A stretch of DNA of 64,000 nucleotides, taken from NCBI GenBank assembly GCA_030390025.1, contig CM059432.1:118670001-118734000 (forward strand), read 5' to 3'. A program made the position numbers and the translations under genes. Each line of letters begins with the position of its first letter. Position 1 is the stretch's first letter. Below the pieces are notes generated by a model. That model was not told where the DNA came from and did not search any database. It worked only from the letters and a program-made list of their open reading frames with translations. Below are positions 23,821 through 35,565 of this stretch, one piece after another. This DNA comes from Squalus acanthias (lineage: Eukaryota).

Positions 23821-25730
23821 GGCCGCGATTTTCCCTACCTGGGCGGGTCCGTGGCGGGCGATGTCGGTGGCGGGCTGCGAGCCCATTGCTGCCTGCATCC
23901 CGCTGCAAAAATTTTTTTGCCGTAATGGGGCTTGTTAAACCCGCCCAATGAAAAGGTGCGGGTCTGATGACGTCATTGATGATGCGTTTTCAGCCAGGAT
24001 ATTTAAAGTGGTCATGGCCGCATTGCATTTGAAGGTTCATCTAGGAGTGTGAAAGCTGCTGTGAGTGCTTGTTTGTTTATAAGATGAGTTCACAGAGCCA
24101 GAGGGCTGCTCCACGATTCTGCGATGACTCCCTCCATGTGCTTGTGGAGGAAGTCCGAGCACACAGGGAGGTTCTCTCCCCTGCCAGTGGCCGCAAGATA
24201 CCTCCCCAGGAGAACAAGGCAGCCTGGCTCCAGATTGCGCAGGAGGTCACAAGCAGGTCTGTGGTCATGAGGACCTGGGTGCAGTGCTGCAAGCATTGTA
24301 GCTCAGTAAGGAGCTGCCAGCCCAGGAGCCATCTTGGAGCAAGATCAGGAAACGTTAGTACAAAGTCACACTCAACCTCATCCTGCTGTGCCTCTCATCA
24401 CATTCCCATCACTCTGCCTTCCCAGCCCTACTCCTGCACATCCTTACTCACACGAACATCCCTTGCTCCTCCACCCATCCCTCTCTATCTACATTATCAT
24501 AGCCCCATCTTACTAACCACCCCTCACACTCACCCTCATCCTAATGCAATCATACCAGCTAACAACACACAAGGAGGCCACTTGGTATTGCCACCCCACT
24601 CCATCATAGTCACCCTCTACACATGTAACCCTTCCATTCCTTACACTCATTACATCACTCTAACTCAACCTTCTCTTCTTTCCCTCCTTGCAGGAAAAGA
24701 GAGCGCACAATAAGAGGGAGAGGCAGAGAACAGGAGGAGGCTCTGCATCACTAGCAATCCTCACCAGTGTGGAGGAGACTGCCCTGGGGGTCTCTGGAGC
24801 GGGCGAACAGCCGGAAGTGGGGGACGGAGAGAGGGGCTCATCACAACAACCTGGTGACAGAATCAGTTTCCATACAGCTACATGGCATTCATCAGTCACT
24901 CATATGGGGGCTGATGTCAAGAGACACTGAATGCTCATCATGTGCATAATGGTATCTGTATGCAATCTACATATGATATATCTAACTGATCTCTTTACTC
25001 TCCCACAGGTCCATCAAGAGCCCCCACCACTGACCAGGAGGAAGAGGAAGATGACTCCTCAGAGGAGCCTCCAGCCTCTGAGGGTGCAGTGTCACCTGAG
25101 ACAAGGCAAGCCAGCACCAGCGCAGATACTCACACCTCGGTGGGGCTGTCGCGACATAGAGTAGTGTTGTCACCTGGAGTCTCACACAGCCCAGGTGAAC
25201 AAGAGCAGATGGTGAAGACAGGGTCAGCAGTGAAAACTCCTCATCGGAGGGCGCAGGAGACTCCTAGCTCTGCTCAGCTGCATGCAGACGCTGAGCCTCG
25301 GGGGCCATCCAGGAACAGGGCGATCCTGGAGCTGCAGGAACAAGTGCAGGAGGCTCTGACAGGTTTTGCAAGCACGATGAGTGTGAGAGTTCAGAGAATC
25401 AAGGAATCCTTTTCCAACATGAGCACCACTGTGGCGCACACACTTGCAGCTGTAGGTTCCTCCATGGATAGGATGGCCACCTGCATGGAGGATCTAATGC
25501 GCCAGTCGCACGAGCACATGGTCTCTATGCAAAATGGATGGACATCTATGAAGGATAGAAACCAGAGGCTCATAGATGTCCTTTCTAGGAGGGATGTCAG
25601 TATAGACGTGGGTCCTCATGGCCCCACTGATGTGCAGCAAGGTGCACTCCAACAACTTGCAAGCAGGGAAGTGCGGGGGACCATGAGAGGGATGATGGTG
25701 GGAGGGGACATGGAAGTGGGGGCTCTGTAT
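23821..25730 (+). mobile_element. Harbinger left half with disrupted three-exon Myb/SANT gene
   Basis: Terminus ggccgcgattttc. RAAPRFCDDSLHVLVEEVRAHREVL...AAWLQIAQEV...RTWVQC; exon 2 EKRAHNKRERQRTGGG; exon 3 from ~25009. Confidence 0.85.
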
Positions 25731-25756
25731 TGTAGGGATGCTTTATGGTATGGATG

Positions 25757-26597
25757 TAAATTATTATCCCTCTTCGTCCTTCTTGACTTGTCTGCAGCCT
25801 TTGACATGGTTGACTACTCCATCCTTCTCCAACGCCTCTCCACCGTCATCCAGCTGGGTGGGACTGCACTCGCCTGGTTCCATTCTTATCTATCTAATCG
25901 TAACCAGAGAATCACCTGCAACGGCTTCTCTTCCCGCTCCCACATTGTTACCTCTGGTGTCCCCCAAGGATCTATCCTTGGCCCCCTCCTATTTCTCATC
26001 TACATGTTGCCCCTTGGCGACATCATTCAAAAACACAGCATCAGTTTCCACATGTACGCTGACGACACCCAGCTCTACCTCACTACCTCTTCTCGCGACC
26101 CATCCACGGTTTCTAAATTGTCAGACTGCTTGTCCGACATACAGTTCTAGATGAGCAGAAATCTTCTCCAATTAAATATTGGGAAGGCCGAAGCCATTTT
26201 TTTCGGTCCCCACCACAAACTCCGTTCCCTAGCCACTGACTCCATCCCTCTCCCGAACATCTGCCTGAGACTGAACCACACTGTTCACAACCTTGGTGTC
26301 ATATTTGACTCTGAAATGCGCTTCTGACCACATATCCGTGACATAACAAAGACCGCATATTTCCACCTCCGTAACATTGCTCATCTCTGCCCTTGCCTCA
26401 GCTCATTCGCTGCTGAAACCCTCATCCATGCTTTTGTTACCTCTAGACTTGACTATTCCAACGCACTCCTGGCTGGCCTCCCACATTCTACACTACGTAA
26501 ACTTGAGGTCATTCAAAACTCGGCTGCCTGTGTCCTAACTCGCACCAAGTCCCGTTCGTCCATTTCCCCTGTGCTCGCTGACCTACATTGGCTCCCG
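25757..26597 (+). mobile_element. L2 LINE RT fragment
   Basis: LLDLSAAFDMVD, WFHSYLSNR, GVPQGSILGPLLFLIYMLPLG, HMYADDTQLY, followed by SRLDYSNALLAGLP-type sequence. Confidence 0.9.
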
Positions 26598-27227
26598 CAC
26601 TGATTTGTGCGTTTGTACTCCAAGATCCTTTATTCCTCTACCCCACCAAGACTCGCACCCTCCAAGTAATAAGTGACCTCCCTATTCTTCCTACCAAAAT
26701 GTAATAGCTCACATTTATCTGTGTTGAACGTCATTTGCCAATTATATGCCCATTCTACAAGTTTATTAATGTCCTTCTGTTATTTGTTGCAGTCCTCTTT
26801 GATATTGACTATGCCCCTCAATTTGGTATCATCCGCAAATTTAGAAATTTTTTGATTCGAAAGTCTAAGGGGGAAAAATTAGGTCGCGCCCCATTTGGGG
26901 CGCAAATATCGTCTGGACGCAAATATTAGCGCCTGGCGCTAATTATCGCCACTGGCTGGAAACTTCACTTTTACCGCCCCGGGAGGTGAGTGGAGCGCTA
27001 AATCAGGCGCTGCACACCTGTCTTAAGGCGCAAAGGCCGAGCAGTGAGGCGCTAACTCAGCGCGCGAGCGCAGCGCAGCTGCTGCCAGTTAGCGAGGGAA
27101 CACAGACACACTGGCGCCGGCCACTTCTTAAAGCGGGGGGGGGCAACTTGCTCCCCAGCCACACCCTGCTCATTGCAGCCTTGAATCTCGGCCTGGAGAG
27201 ACCTGTGAATCCATTTTGCTGCCAAGG

Positions 27228-29046
27228 ATGGAGAGGGTGAGAGAACGAGCTCATCGCTTCACCGAGCGGGCCTTGGATGCTCTGGTTGGCGCGGTGGAGC
27301 GCAGAAGATGTATATTCTTCCCTGAGAGTGGCAGGAGGCCTTTGCCACGCGAGTTCAGAAGAGTGTGGAGGGAGGTGGCTCAGAGCGTCTCCTTCAGGAG
27401 CATGGTGCCCAGGACCCATACTCAATGCCGCAAAAAGTTCAACGACCTCACTCGGGTCGTCAGGGTGAGTGGCTTTTTCTCAATACCTCTCCATCCCTCC
27501 ATCTCAACCTCACTCTATGGGCAGAGGGTCTTAAAACCCCAATGCACAACACTCATCCAACACCTATGGCCCTTTCATGAAACACACACACACATTCCAC
27601 ACTTTGCATACAGTAAGGGCTATTCAGCTATGGGAGGCACATCAGGCAAGATCATGGCTGCATACAGTAAGGGCTATTCACCTATGGGAGGCACATCAGG
27701 CAAGACCATGGCTGTATATTTACTCAGATGCTGTCCTTTTTCTTACAGGCCAAGCTGGCGCATAATCGGAGACAGCAGCAACGGACAGGTGGAGGGCGGC
27801 CTCAGCTGCAACCCCTCAGCGATCTTGAGGAGCGCGTCCACAGGATTGTGGCAAGCTGGGTGATCGGTCCCGTCGCCACTGGAGACGCCGACCCCGTTCT
27901 GGACAGCAATGGTAAGGTCATCACCTTTTTGTCCTCTGTCCTTCCACTTGTCCCTCACAACACCAGCCTTTGACACTTTCAATCCAACTTGCTAACTCGC
28001 TGCACTTATTCCTCCCTTACTGCCTCCTGTCCTCACGCTAAAGCCACTCTTGTACCTCCCTGCTTTCAGATGGTGATTCACCAGCTGAGGAGACGGGCCC
28101 TGAAGCTGCCACTGGGAGTGAAGCTGCAGCCGAGGAGGAAGAGGAAGCCGGAGCATCAGTGCCACCCTCTCCCGAGGAAGCCCATGCCCACACTGGGAAC
28201 ACGCCTTCCCTGGAGGGGAGCAGGGGGGAAGGGTCTGATGAGGGTAAAGCTCCAGGACCCAGCGGGCTGCAGCAACGCCATGGGGGTAGGGAAGAACGGG
28301 GGCCTTCTCCCCAGAGGGAGAGTATGCCAGACACTCCTACTGCAATGGACGCAGAGGAGGAGCAGCTGATCGCAGAAATAAACACCCAGGCGGTGGGCAT
28401 GCACACTGAGCTCATGGGTGCAGTGGGAAGGGTGCCCGAATGCATTGAGTCACTGGCAAGGAGTGTGGAGCACTTCGCTGTAGCACAGGCGGATGCCACA
28501 CTAACGCTTAGTGCTGCAATTCAGTCACTGACTGCCGTGATCCCATCTCTGACTGCTCTCATGCAGACTCAGATTGTGGCCACGCGAGCACAGACTGCTG
28601 CCAACCTCGATGGTTCGTTCACATGTCCCCGGGGCTGTCACCGCGCCGCAGCAGGCCAGCAATCTGTTCTCCAGCAGATTGCTCCGGATGCTGAAGTGCT
28701 GCCCCGTGGGAGTGCCAGTGTGTCGGGCGAGCAGGGAGTTGCTGTCCTCTCTCATGATGACAGCATTCCTGCTGCCAACACTGTCACTTCTCCACTCCAC
28801 TTGCCACCGCCTGTAGGACAGACTGCTGCCGCCCATGCAGAGTTGGTGCAGTCTGCAGCCGGGCCCTCCAGGCCCAGAACTGGTCGAGGCCGTCCTTCAG
28901 GGGCATCTGCAGTGTCAGGGTCTGACGAGCAGCAGCCTTCCACCAGCCTTGCTGCAGCCACTGAGGTCCCATTACGGAGGAGCAGTAGGGTTAGAAGGGG
29001 GGAAGTGCGCAAGGGAAGGAGATCACCCTCGAAGGGCAAAAAGTAG
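27228..29046 (+). CDS. Harbinger Myb/SANT-like DNA-binding protein, 3 exons (27228-27464, 27749-27911, 28070-29046), 458 aa
   Basis: Splice sites cagg|gtgagt, ttacag|gcc, aatg|gtaagg, tttcag|at join in frame (237+163+977=1377 nt). RAHRFTERALDALVGAV..WREVA..RTHTQCRKKFNDL..TGGG. Confidence 0.85.
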
Positions 29047-29358
29047 GAGGTGTGCCAAAATGCTGGTCATTTTTGTATTAAAGGCCGAGGTTCATGGTCC
29101 AACTTTTGTTTAGTGTTTTGGACATTATCTCCAGGTTGTGAGAACCAGTTATGTTATTGACTGTTTTTTTGTGTTTATTTCTATGAGTTTGTCATGAGGA
29201 ATTGACACACACAGAGTTTGTAAAATAAATAAGTTTCTGTATTCAAAATATACATGGTTGGTGGTTGGAATTATTGGTGCCTTGGCCGGCTTAGGGGTTG
29301 CGTGCTGGGTTCATTGATGTTGTTAGCAATGGCAGAAGCCATTTCCACAGCAGGGGCC

Positions 29359-30517
29359 CTAGAAGCGGCTTGCTATTAGCCGTTGACGGACGGCCCTTGC
29401 AGTTTCACCATTGTGGGCCGCCCTCCCGCCTTGGTGCTGCTGATGATCATCCTCCTCATCCTCTTCCTCCTCTTCCTCCTCCTCCTCTGGTGGTGCTCCA
29501 AGGCCTGGTGGCATTGGCTGGGTCCTGAGGATTGCCATGTTATGCAACATGCAGCACACAACTACGAAGTTGGATACTCGCTCAGGCGAGTACTGCAGGG
29601 CTCCTCCAGAATGGTCGAGACAGCGGAACCGTTGTTTCAGCATGCCGATTGTGCGCTCAATAATGTTCCTGGTTACTTGATGGCTTTCATTGTACCGCAG
29701 CTCAGCAGGGGTGTTTGGCGTATGGAGCGGTGTCATCAGCCAGGTGCTCAATGCATACCCCTTGTCCCCGAGAAGCCAACCAACTGGCTGATGCGGTGCC
29801 TCAAAGTTCTGCCACAGTAGTCTGGCGCAGGATAAAAGCATCGTGGCAGCTGCCAGGATAGTGGGCATTGACAGCGAGTATCAGCTGTCTGTGGTCACAG
29901 ACCAACTGAACATTCAAGGAATGGAACCCCTTTCTGTTCCGGAATTCCTCGGCATTCTCATGCGGAGCACGCAAAGCCACATGCGTGCAGTCAATGGCGC
30001 CCTGCACCATGGGGAAGCCCGCTACCCTCGCAAAGCCCAGAGCGCGGTCACGCTGCTTGTCTGGGGTCATGGGGAAAGAGATGAACTCTCGTCTCCTTTT
30101 AAAGAGGGCATTTGTGACCTGCCGGATGCAGCAATGCACCGCGAACTGGGAGATATTGGCGAGGTCCCCAGCAGCAGCTTGAAATGAGCCAGTAGCGTAG
30201 AAGTTGAGAGCCACTGTGACCTTCACTGCCACCGACAGAGACGTCCTGGACCTCAGTTGAGGCTGCAGATCTGGCTGCAGCAGGTGGCAGAGCTCAGTGA
30301 CCACCTCCTTGCTGAATCGCAGCCTTCGCAAACACAGCTCCTCAGACATATGAAGGTAGGAGAGCTGTTCACGATATACCCTGGGAGGGTAAGCTCTCCT
30401 GTACATACGCCTGTTGGCCCTCCTCTGTCTGGCCATCATTGCCACTCTCTCTCTGCGTCTCTGTGTCCTCCGATTCAGCTGGAGCAGGACGACGCTCCCA
30501 ATCAGTGCAGCCCCCAT
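29359..30517 (-). pseudogene. Harbinger DDE transposase with a single frameshift near 29810
   Basis: [33 protein letters not shown] | [38 protein letters not shown]. Confidence 0.92.
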
Positions 30518-31874
30518 AGTCTCTTTGCAAGCAAAGTAATGAAGGACAGCAACTAAAGTACTAGCGAAGTTAGGATCAGTAGGCAAAACTACCTCACAAA
30601 GCATTGAGTCAATGCAGAAATCTCTCTTTCTCTCTCTCCGAATCTCTCTCTCTCTCTCAGAACGAGTGGTGCAAAAATGTCCACCACAGAAAAAGACAGG
30701 AAGAGGCCCCCTTTAAATAGCGCCCCCCCCAGCCCCACAGCGATTGATAGCGTTCCAGTCTTCCGGTCGTTGGATGCGCCAGGCGGTAAGGCAGGGGGCG
30801 CCACTCAAGTTCCGCTCCGGGGCGCCACAAGGGCGTTGCACCATGGAATGACATCACAATCTGCGCGCGCAGGTGGTCGCAGTGGTAAGGTTTAGTGCCG
30901 CCGCACAATCTCTAGTTAAGTTCCCGAGCGGCACAAACATCGCTGCGCCCGGGCGTTAGCGGCTTTGCGCCCCATTAGCGCCCTCTTAAGGCGCTAACGG
31001 GAGGCGCAACCAACTGAATTTTTACCCCTAAATCTTTCATGTAAATTGTGAACAGCAGTGGTCCCACCACTAATCTTGTGGAACACAGCTACCCACCTAC
31101 TGCCACTGTGAATAGCTACTTTTTACTCCTACTCTCTGCTTTCTGTCCTGAAGCCAGCCAGCAATCCATTCTGCTACTTGTCCCCTGACTCCGCATTCTT
31201 TGACCTTGTTCATCAGCCTATTATCGGATACCTTTTCGAAGGCCTTATGAAAATTTAGATAAATTACATTTACTGCATTACCTCATCTACTCTCTCTGTT
31301 ACCTCTTCAAAAAATTCAATGAGGTTGGTCAAGCAAGACTTTCCCTTTTGAAATCCATGCTGACTATTCATTATTATATTTTTGGTTTCTAGATGTTCTT
31401 CTATTTTCTCCTTTAGTAGGGATTCCATTATTTTTCCTACCACCGATGTTCAGCTGACTGGTCTACAATTCGCTGGACATGTTCTATCCACCTTCTTATA
31501 TATCGATATTACGTTAGCTATCCGCCAGTCCTCTGGCACTACACGTTTTTCTAACGAATTATTAAATATTTGTAGTAATGCCTCTGCTATCTCTTCCCTA
31601 GATTCTTTTAAAATGTTTGGATGCAATCCATCCGGACCAGGGGTTTTATCCTCTTTGAGTTTGATTAGTTTATTTAATATATACCCTTTTTTAATTTGAA
31701 ATGCACTTATCTCATTACTAATCTCATCATCCAAGTCATTTCCACCTGTTCTATCTCCCTGGTAAATACTGAAGCAAAATAATTATTTAATATTTCTGCC
31801 ATCTCTCTATCGTTACCTGTGGTATTACCCTTTCTTTCCCTTAATGGCCCTATTCCCATCCCAACCTTCCTTTT

Positions 31875-31993
31875 CCATTTCCTGCTTTTTTCCAGTTCTG
31901 ACGAAAGGTCTTCGACCTGAAACGTTAACTCTGTTTCTCTCGCCACAGATGCTGCCTGGCCTGCTGAGTTTTTCCAACGTTTTCTGTTGTTAT
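31875..31993 (+). mobile_element. Short Penelope-like element, family B
   Basis: Interrupts CR1 at RHINKKRK|VG. Candidate TSD ttcctttt at 31867-31874 and 31994-32001. Confidence 0.7.
31894..31930 (+). ncRNA. Minimal hammerhead ribozyme motif
   Basis: AGTT-CTGACGA-A-AGGTC-ttc-GACCT-GAAACGTT-AACT. Confidence 0.75.
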
Positions 31994-34900
31994 TTCCTTT
32001 TTTTATTGATGTGCCTATAAAATATTTTACTATTTTGCTTTATGTTCCTTGATAATTTAATTTCATAGTTCCTCTTTGCCTCCCTAATTGTTTTTTTGAC
32101 TGCTCTCCTAATCTTTTCATATTCTCCCTTATTATGCACTCCCCTGCTGTCTATGTACTTAATGTATGCCTCTTTCCTTACCCTCAATTGTTCCCTTATG
32201 GCTTTATTCATCCATGCAGTCTCATTATTGTTTAGTTTGTTCTTTCCTTTTAGTGGAATATATTTTTCCTGCACTCTGTTAAACATCGTTTTAAATGTTT
32301 CCCATTGCTGTTCTACATCGTTGTTTGCCAATATTGTTGCCCTTTTTTTCCCACGTTCTATTCTCAGCCCCTCAAAATCAGCTTTCTCCAATGTATAACC
32401 TTGTTTTTGTCATACTTATGTCCTTCTCAATTATCATCTTAAAGCGTGTTATATTATGGTCACTATTGCCTATATGTTCCCCTACTTTTACTTCTCTTAT
32501 CTGCTCTGGTTCATTCCCCATTACTAGATCAAATATTGAATCCTTCCTTGTTGGGCTTTTTACATAGCGGGTTAGAAAGGAGTCCTGTAGACATTGTAGG
32601 AACTCTATTCCCTTATCCCCTTTACCTACCTCTTCTGTCCAATTAATATTAGGGTAGTTGAAATCCTCCATGATTATTATTCTATGTTTTTTACTCATTT
32701 CCCTAATTTGTCTGTATATTTCTTCCTTCACCTCCCTTCCACTATTAGGTGGTCTGTAGACTATGCCTATTAATGTGATTGATCCTTTATTATCTTTTAT
32801 CTCTATCCATATGGATTCTATTTTTGTCTTGCTGATATCTGCGTCACTTTTTTCTACTGCCATTATGTTATCCCTAATAACCCTCCCTATCTTTTCTAAA
32901 TATGTTATACCCTGCAATGTTTAATTCCCAGTCCTGATTTTTCTGTAGCCATGTCTCAGTAATCCCTACTATGTCTGGTTCCTCGCAACACATGATTGCC
33001 TCCAGCTCCCCTGTTTTATTACAGAAACTATGTGCATTGCTGTACAGACAGCTTAACTCATTTTTAATAGGATTTCCTCTTACTTTAAATTTAACCATCT
33101 TTTTAGACTCCTGTTCCCTCACCATCAACGTCCTCCCTTACTTTATTCTTACCTCTGCTCTCTTTTCCTGTTTTGTTTATATTTAGGCTGGTTACATTTC
33201 TTGTAGATCCCTCCCCCATCTTACTAGTTTAAAGCCTTTGCCACCTCCCTATTTATTCTTTCCACTAGGACATGGGTCCCATCCCAGTTCAGGTGGAGCC
33301 CGTCCCAGAACTGGCACCAGTGTCCCATGAAAAGGAACCCCTTTTTTCCCACACCAGCCCTTTAGCCATGTGTTAATTCTCCTGATCTGTCTGCTTCTAT
33401 GCCAATTTGCATGTGGCTCGGGCAATAATCCAGAGATTATTACCCTCGAGGTCCTGCTTTTTAATTTAGATCTTAACTCCTGATACTCTTTCAGCAGGAC
33501 CTCCTCCCTTTTCCTACCTATGTTGTTTGTTCCAACATGGACCACGACATCCGCCCCCAAATAAACCATATCATAAAAAGGGAGGTGGCACAGTATTGGA
33601 CATTGTAAAATACCTTTTTCAAGTCCTGAAACATTTTTATTCAAAAAGTCAAAAATTAAGATCTTTCTGGAAAATACCAACTTGTCCCTTAAGACAACTA
33701 GCACATAAACAGCAGCTCAGGAAGCATTAGCATCAAGGTTTTTATGGGGGAAGTCTATTCTTGATCTGTACCCAGCGCTATTAGAGGAAATTTGTGTGCA
33801 GCGTCATCTGACAATAATTTGCATATAATTTACACTGCCGACGCAATCAGGTGCAGTCACCAGAAAAACCGCAGAGGAAGTTTGAGTGCAATGCCATTCA
33901 GGAGCAGAATGGGGAAAATTAAATAGCATCCATTTTTCCTCTGCACTGCACCCATTTTTGGGGCACTATTTGGGAACAGGGCTGAGCAAAACCTACCCTA
34001 TTCTTCGTGTCTTATTACAGTACCTATTCCCTTTAAGGTTCATATGCTAGGGCTTGGATAGGATAAAAAAAATCAATATATAGAATCAACTACCAGCCAA
34101 AGCAATTAAAGTTATGTCAATTAACACATTAAAAAAAATAAATTGAGTAAATATCAAGTTAAGAATGGAACTAAGGCTTTTACGAATAAGCACAGGAAGA
34201 GATAAATGAATGCTGTATGATCTGATGAAACCTTGGAACTGTCTTGGCAAGGAAGGTAACTACTCAAGTTTGAATAAAGAAGCACGTGAAGTGAGATACA
34301 CCTTCAATGTTCACAACCTCTAGCCTTTTCACAGCACCATGACTCAATCTACATCTTAATCTTCTCCATGTCCTGCAATAATCCTTTAAGACACAGGGGC
34401 TAATTTTCTTCATCAGAATTCCTGTTTCTGGCCATTCTGATGAGAAAAAAAGAAGCAGAGCTCCATTGCACAAGATCTTTTCATCGGTTGCGCTTGATGC
34501 ACATTCTATGATTCCCGGAGGCATTCCTCAGGGAAGGCAGAAGGTTCTTGCCTGAAACAGGTGGGGACCATATGCAGTGAGTGCAAAAGGCTCCAAAGAA
34601 AATCATTCAGAGTAAGTGCACATTAGAAGTTATCAGCCCCATCTCCCCATTGGAGAATCTGAAAAAGATCAGCCAGCAACCTCTGCAGAATTCCAGAAAG
34701 GTAAGTTGGAATTTTTGATGAACCAGCAATAAGGAACAGCTAGGATGGAGGCCATCTGGCTGCTGTTTTTGACCTGCAGCAATATACAACTTTCTTTCCC
34801 TGATTAGGGGCACCAATCAATTCACAGGCACCATTCCTGTATCATTAGTGAACACCCTCTTTGACAGTGCTTCTTTCATCTAGAATCAGCTATGCTCCAG

Positions 34901-35027
34901 TTGGGCAGCTTCGGGAGGAAGGTTGGCCCCACAGTTTCTTTATGTCTTTGATAAGTTTAATCAACAGCTCCCATCACTTCCCTTTGACGGCTCCACTCTT
35001 AGTCCTTCTTGATCATTTTAAAAAAAG

Positions 35028-35565
35028 CATTCTTGGGATGTGGGCTTCACTGGCAAGGCTAGCATTTATTGACCATCCCTAGTTGCCCTTGAAAAGATGG
35101 TGGGCCTTCTTCTTCACCGTGTGTTGAAGATGCTCACACAATGCTGTTAGGTAGGGCGTTCTAGGATTTTCACCCAACGACGATGAAGGGACGACGATAT
35201 ATGTCCAAGTCAGGTTGGTGTGTGACTTTGAGGGGAACTTGGAGCTGATGGTGTTTCCACGCACCTGCAGCTCTTGTCCTTCTAGGTGGTGGAGGTCCCA
35301 CATTTGGCAAATGCTGCCAAAGAAGCCTTGGCAAGTTGCATAGTATTTACAGCAGAGAAACAGGCCATTCTACCCAACAAGTCCTTGCCGGTGTTTATGC
35401 TTCACACAAGCCTCCTCCCATCACACTTCATCTCACCCTATCAACATATCCTTCTATTCCTTTCTCACTCATGTAGTTATCTAGCTTCCCCTTCAAAGCA
35501 TCTGTGCTATTCGCCTGAACTACTCCCTGTGGTAACAGGTTCCACATTCAAACCACTCTGTGGCT
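35028..35565 (-). mobile_element. Adjacent LINE 3' fragments (11057-type tail, then a CR1 tail)
   Basis: 35028-35340 matches 11068-11390. 35345-35565 is the reverse of the CR1 tail seen at 21100-21320. Confidence 0.75.

Larger units (their letters stand above)
26869..31028. mobile_element. Near-intact full-length PIF/Harbinger transposon (4160 bp)
   Basis: TIR GGGG(G/T)AAAAATT at both ends, TAA TSD (26866-26868 and 31029-31031), convergent Myb/SANT and transposase genes. Confidence 0.95.
26600..33560 (-). mobile_element. Decayed CR1 LINE (ORF1 esterase end, APE endonuclease, RT part) split by the intact Harbinger and a PLE
   Basis: VVVHVGTNNIG..VIISGLLP, CLYSNAHS..DIVGITETWL, VYRPPN, DFNYPNINW, TPGPDGLHP. 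Host reads through aagtctaa|atctttcatg when the Harbinger is removed. Confidence 0.9.

Noticed and set aside
29359..30604. Domesticated HARBI1/NAIF1 host genes, or a programmed frameshift
   Set aside because: The genes lie within TIRs and a TSD inserted in a CR1. The sibling at 43801-44490 reads through the same position in one frame, so the shift is a lesion or an error.
34221..34245. Other CTGATGA occurrences (for example 34222 and 52581) as hammerheads
   Set aside because: No helix II followed by GAAA and no helix I pairing.
34540..34706. Perfect donor AAG|GTAAGT at 34700
   Set aside because: All three upstream frames hit stops within ~120 nt and no good acceptor gives a recognisable exon.
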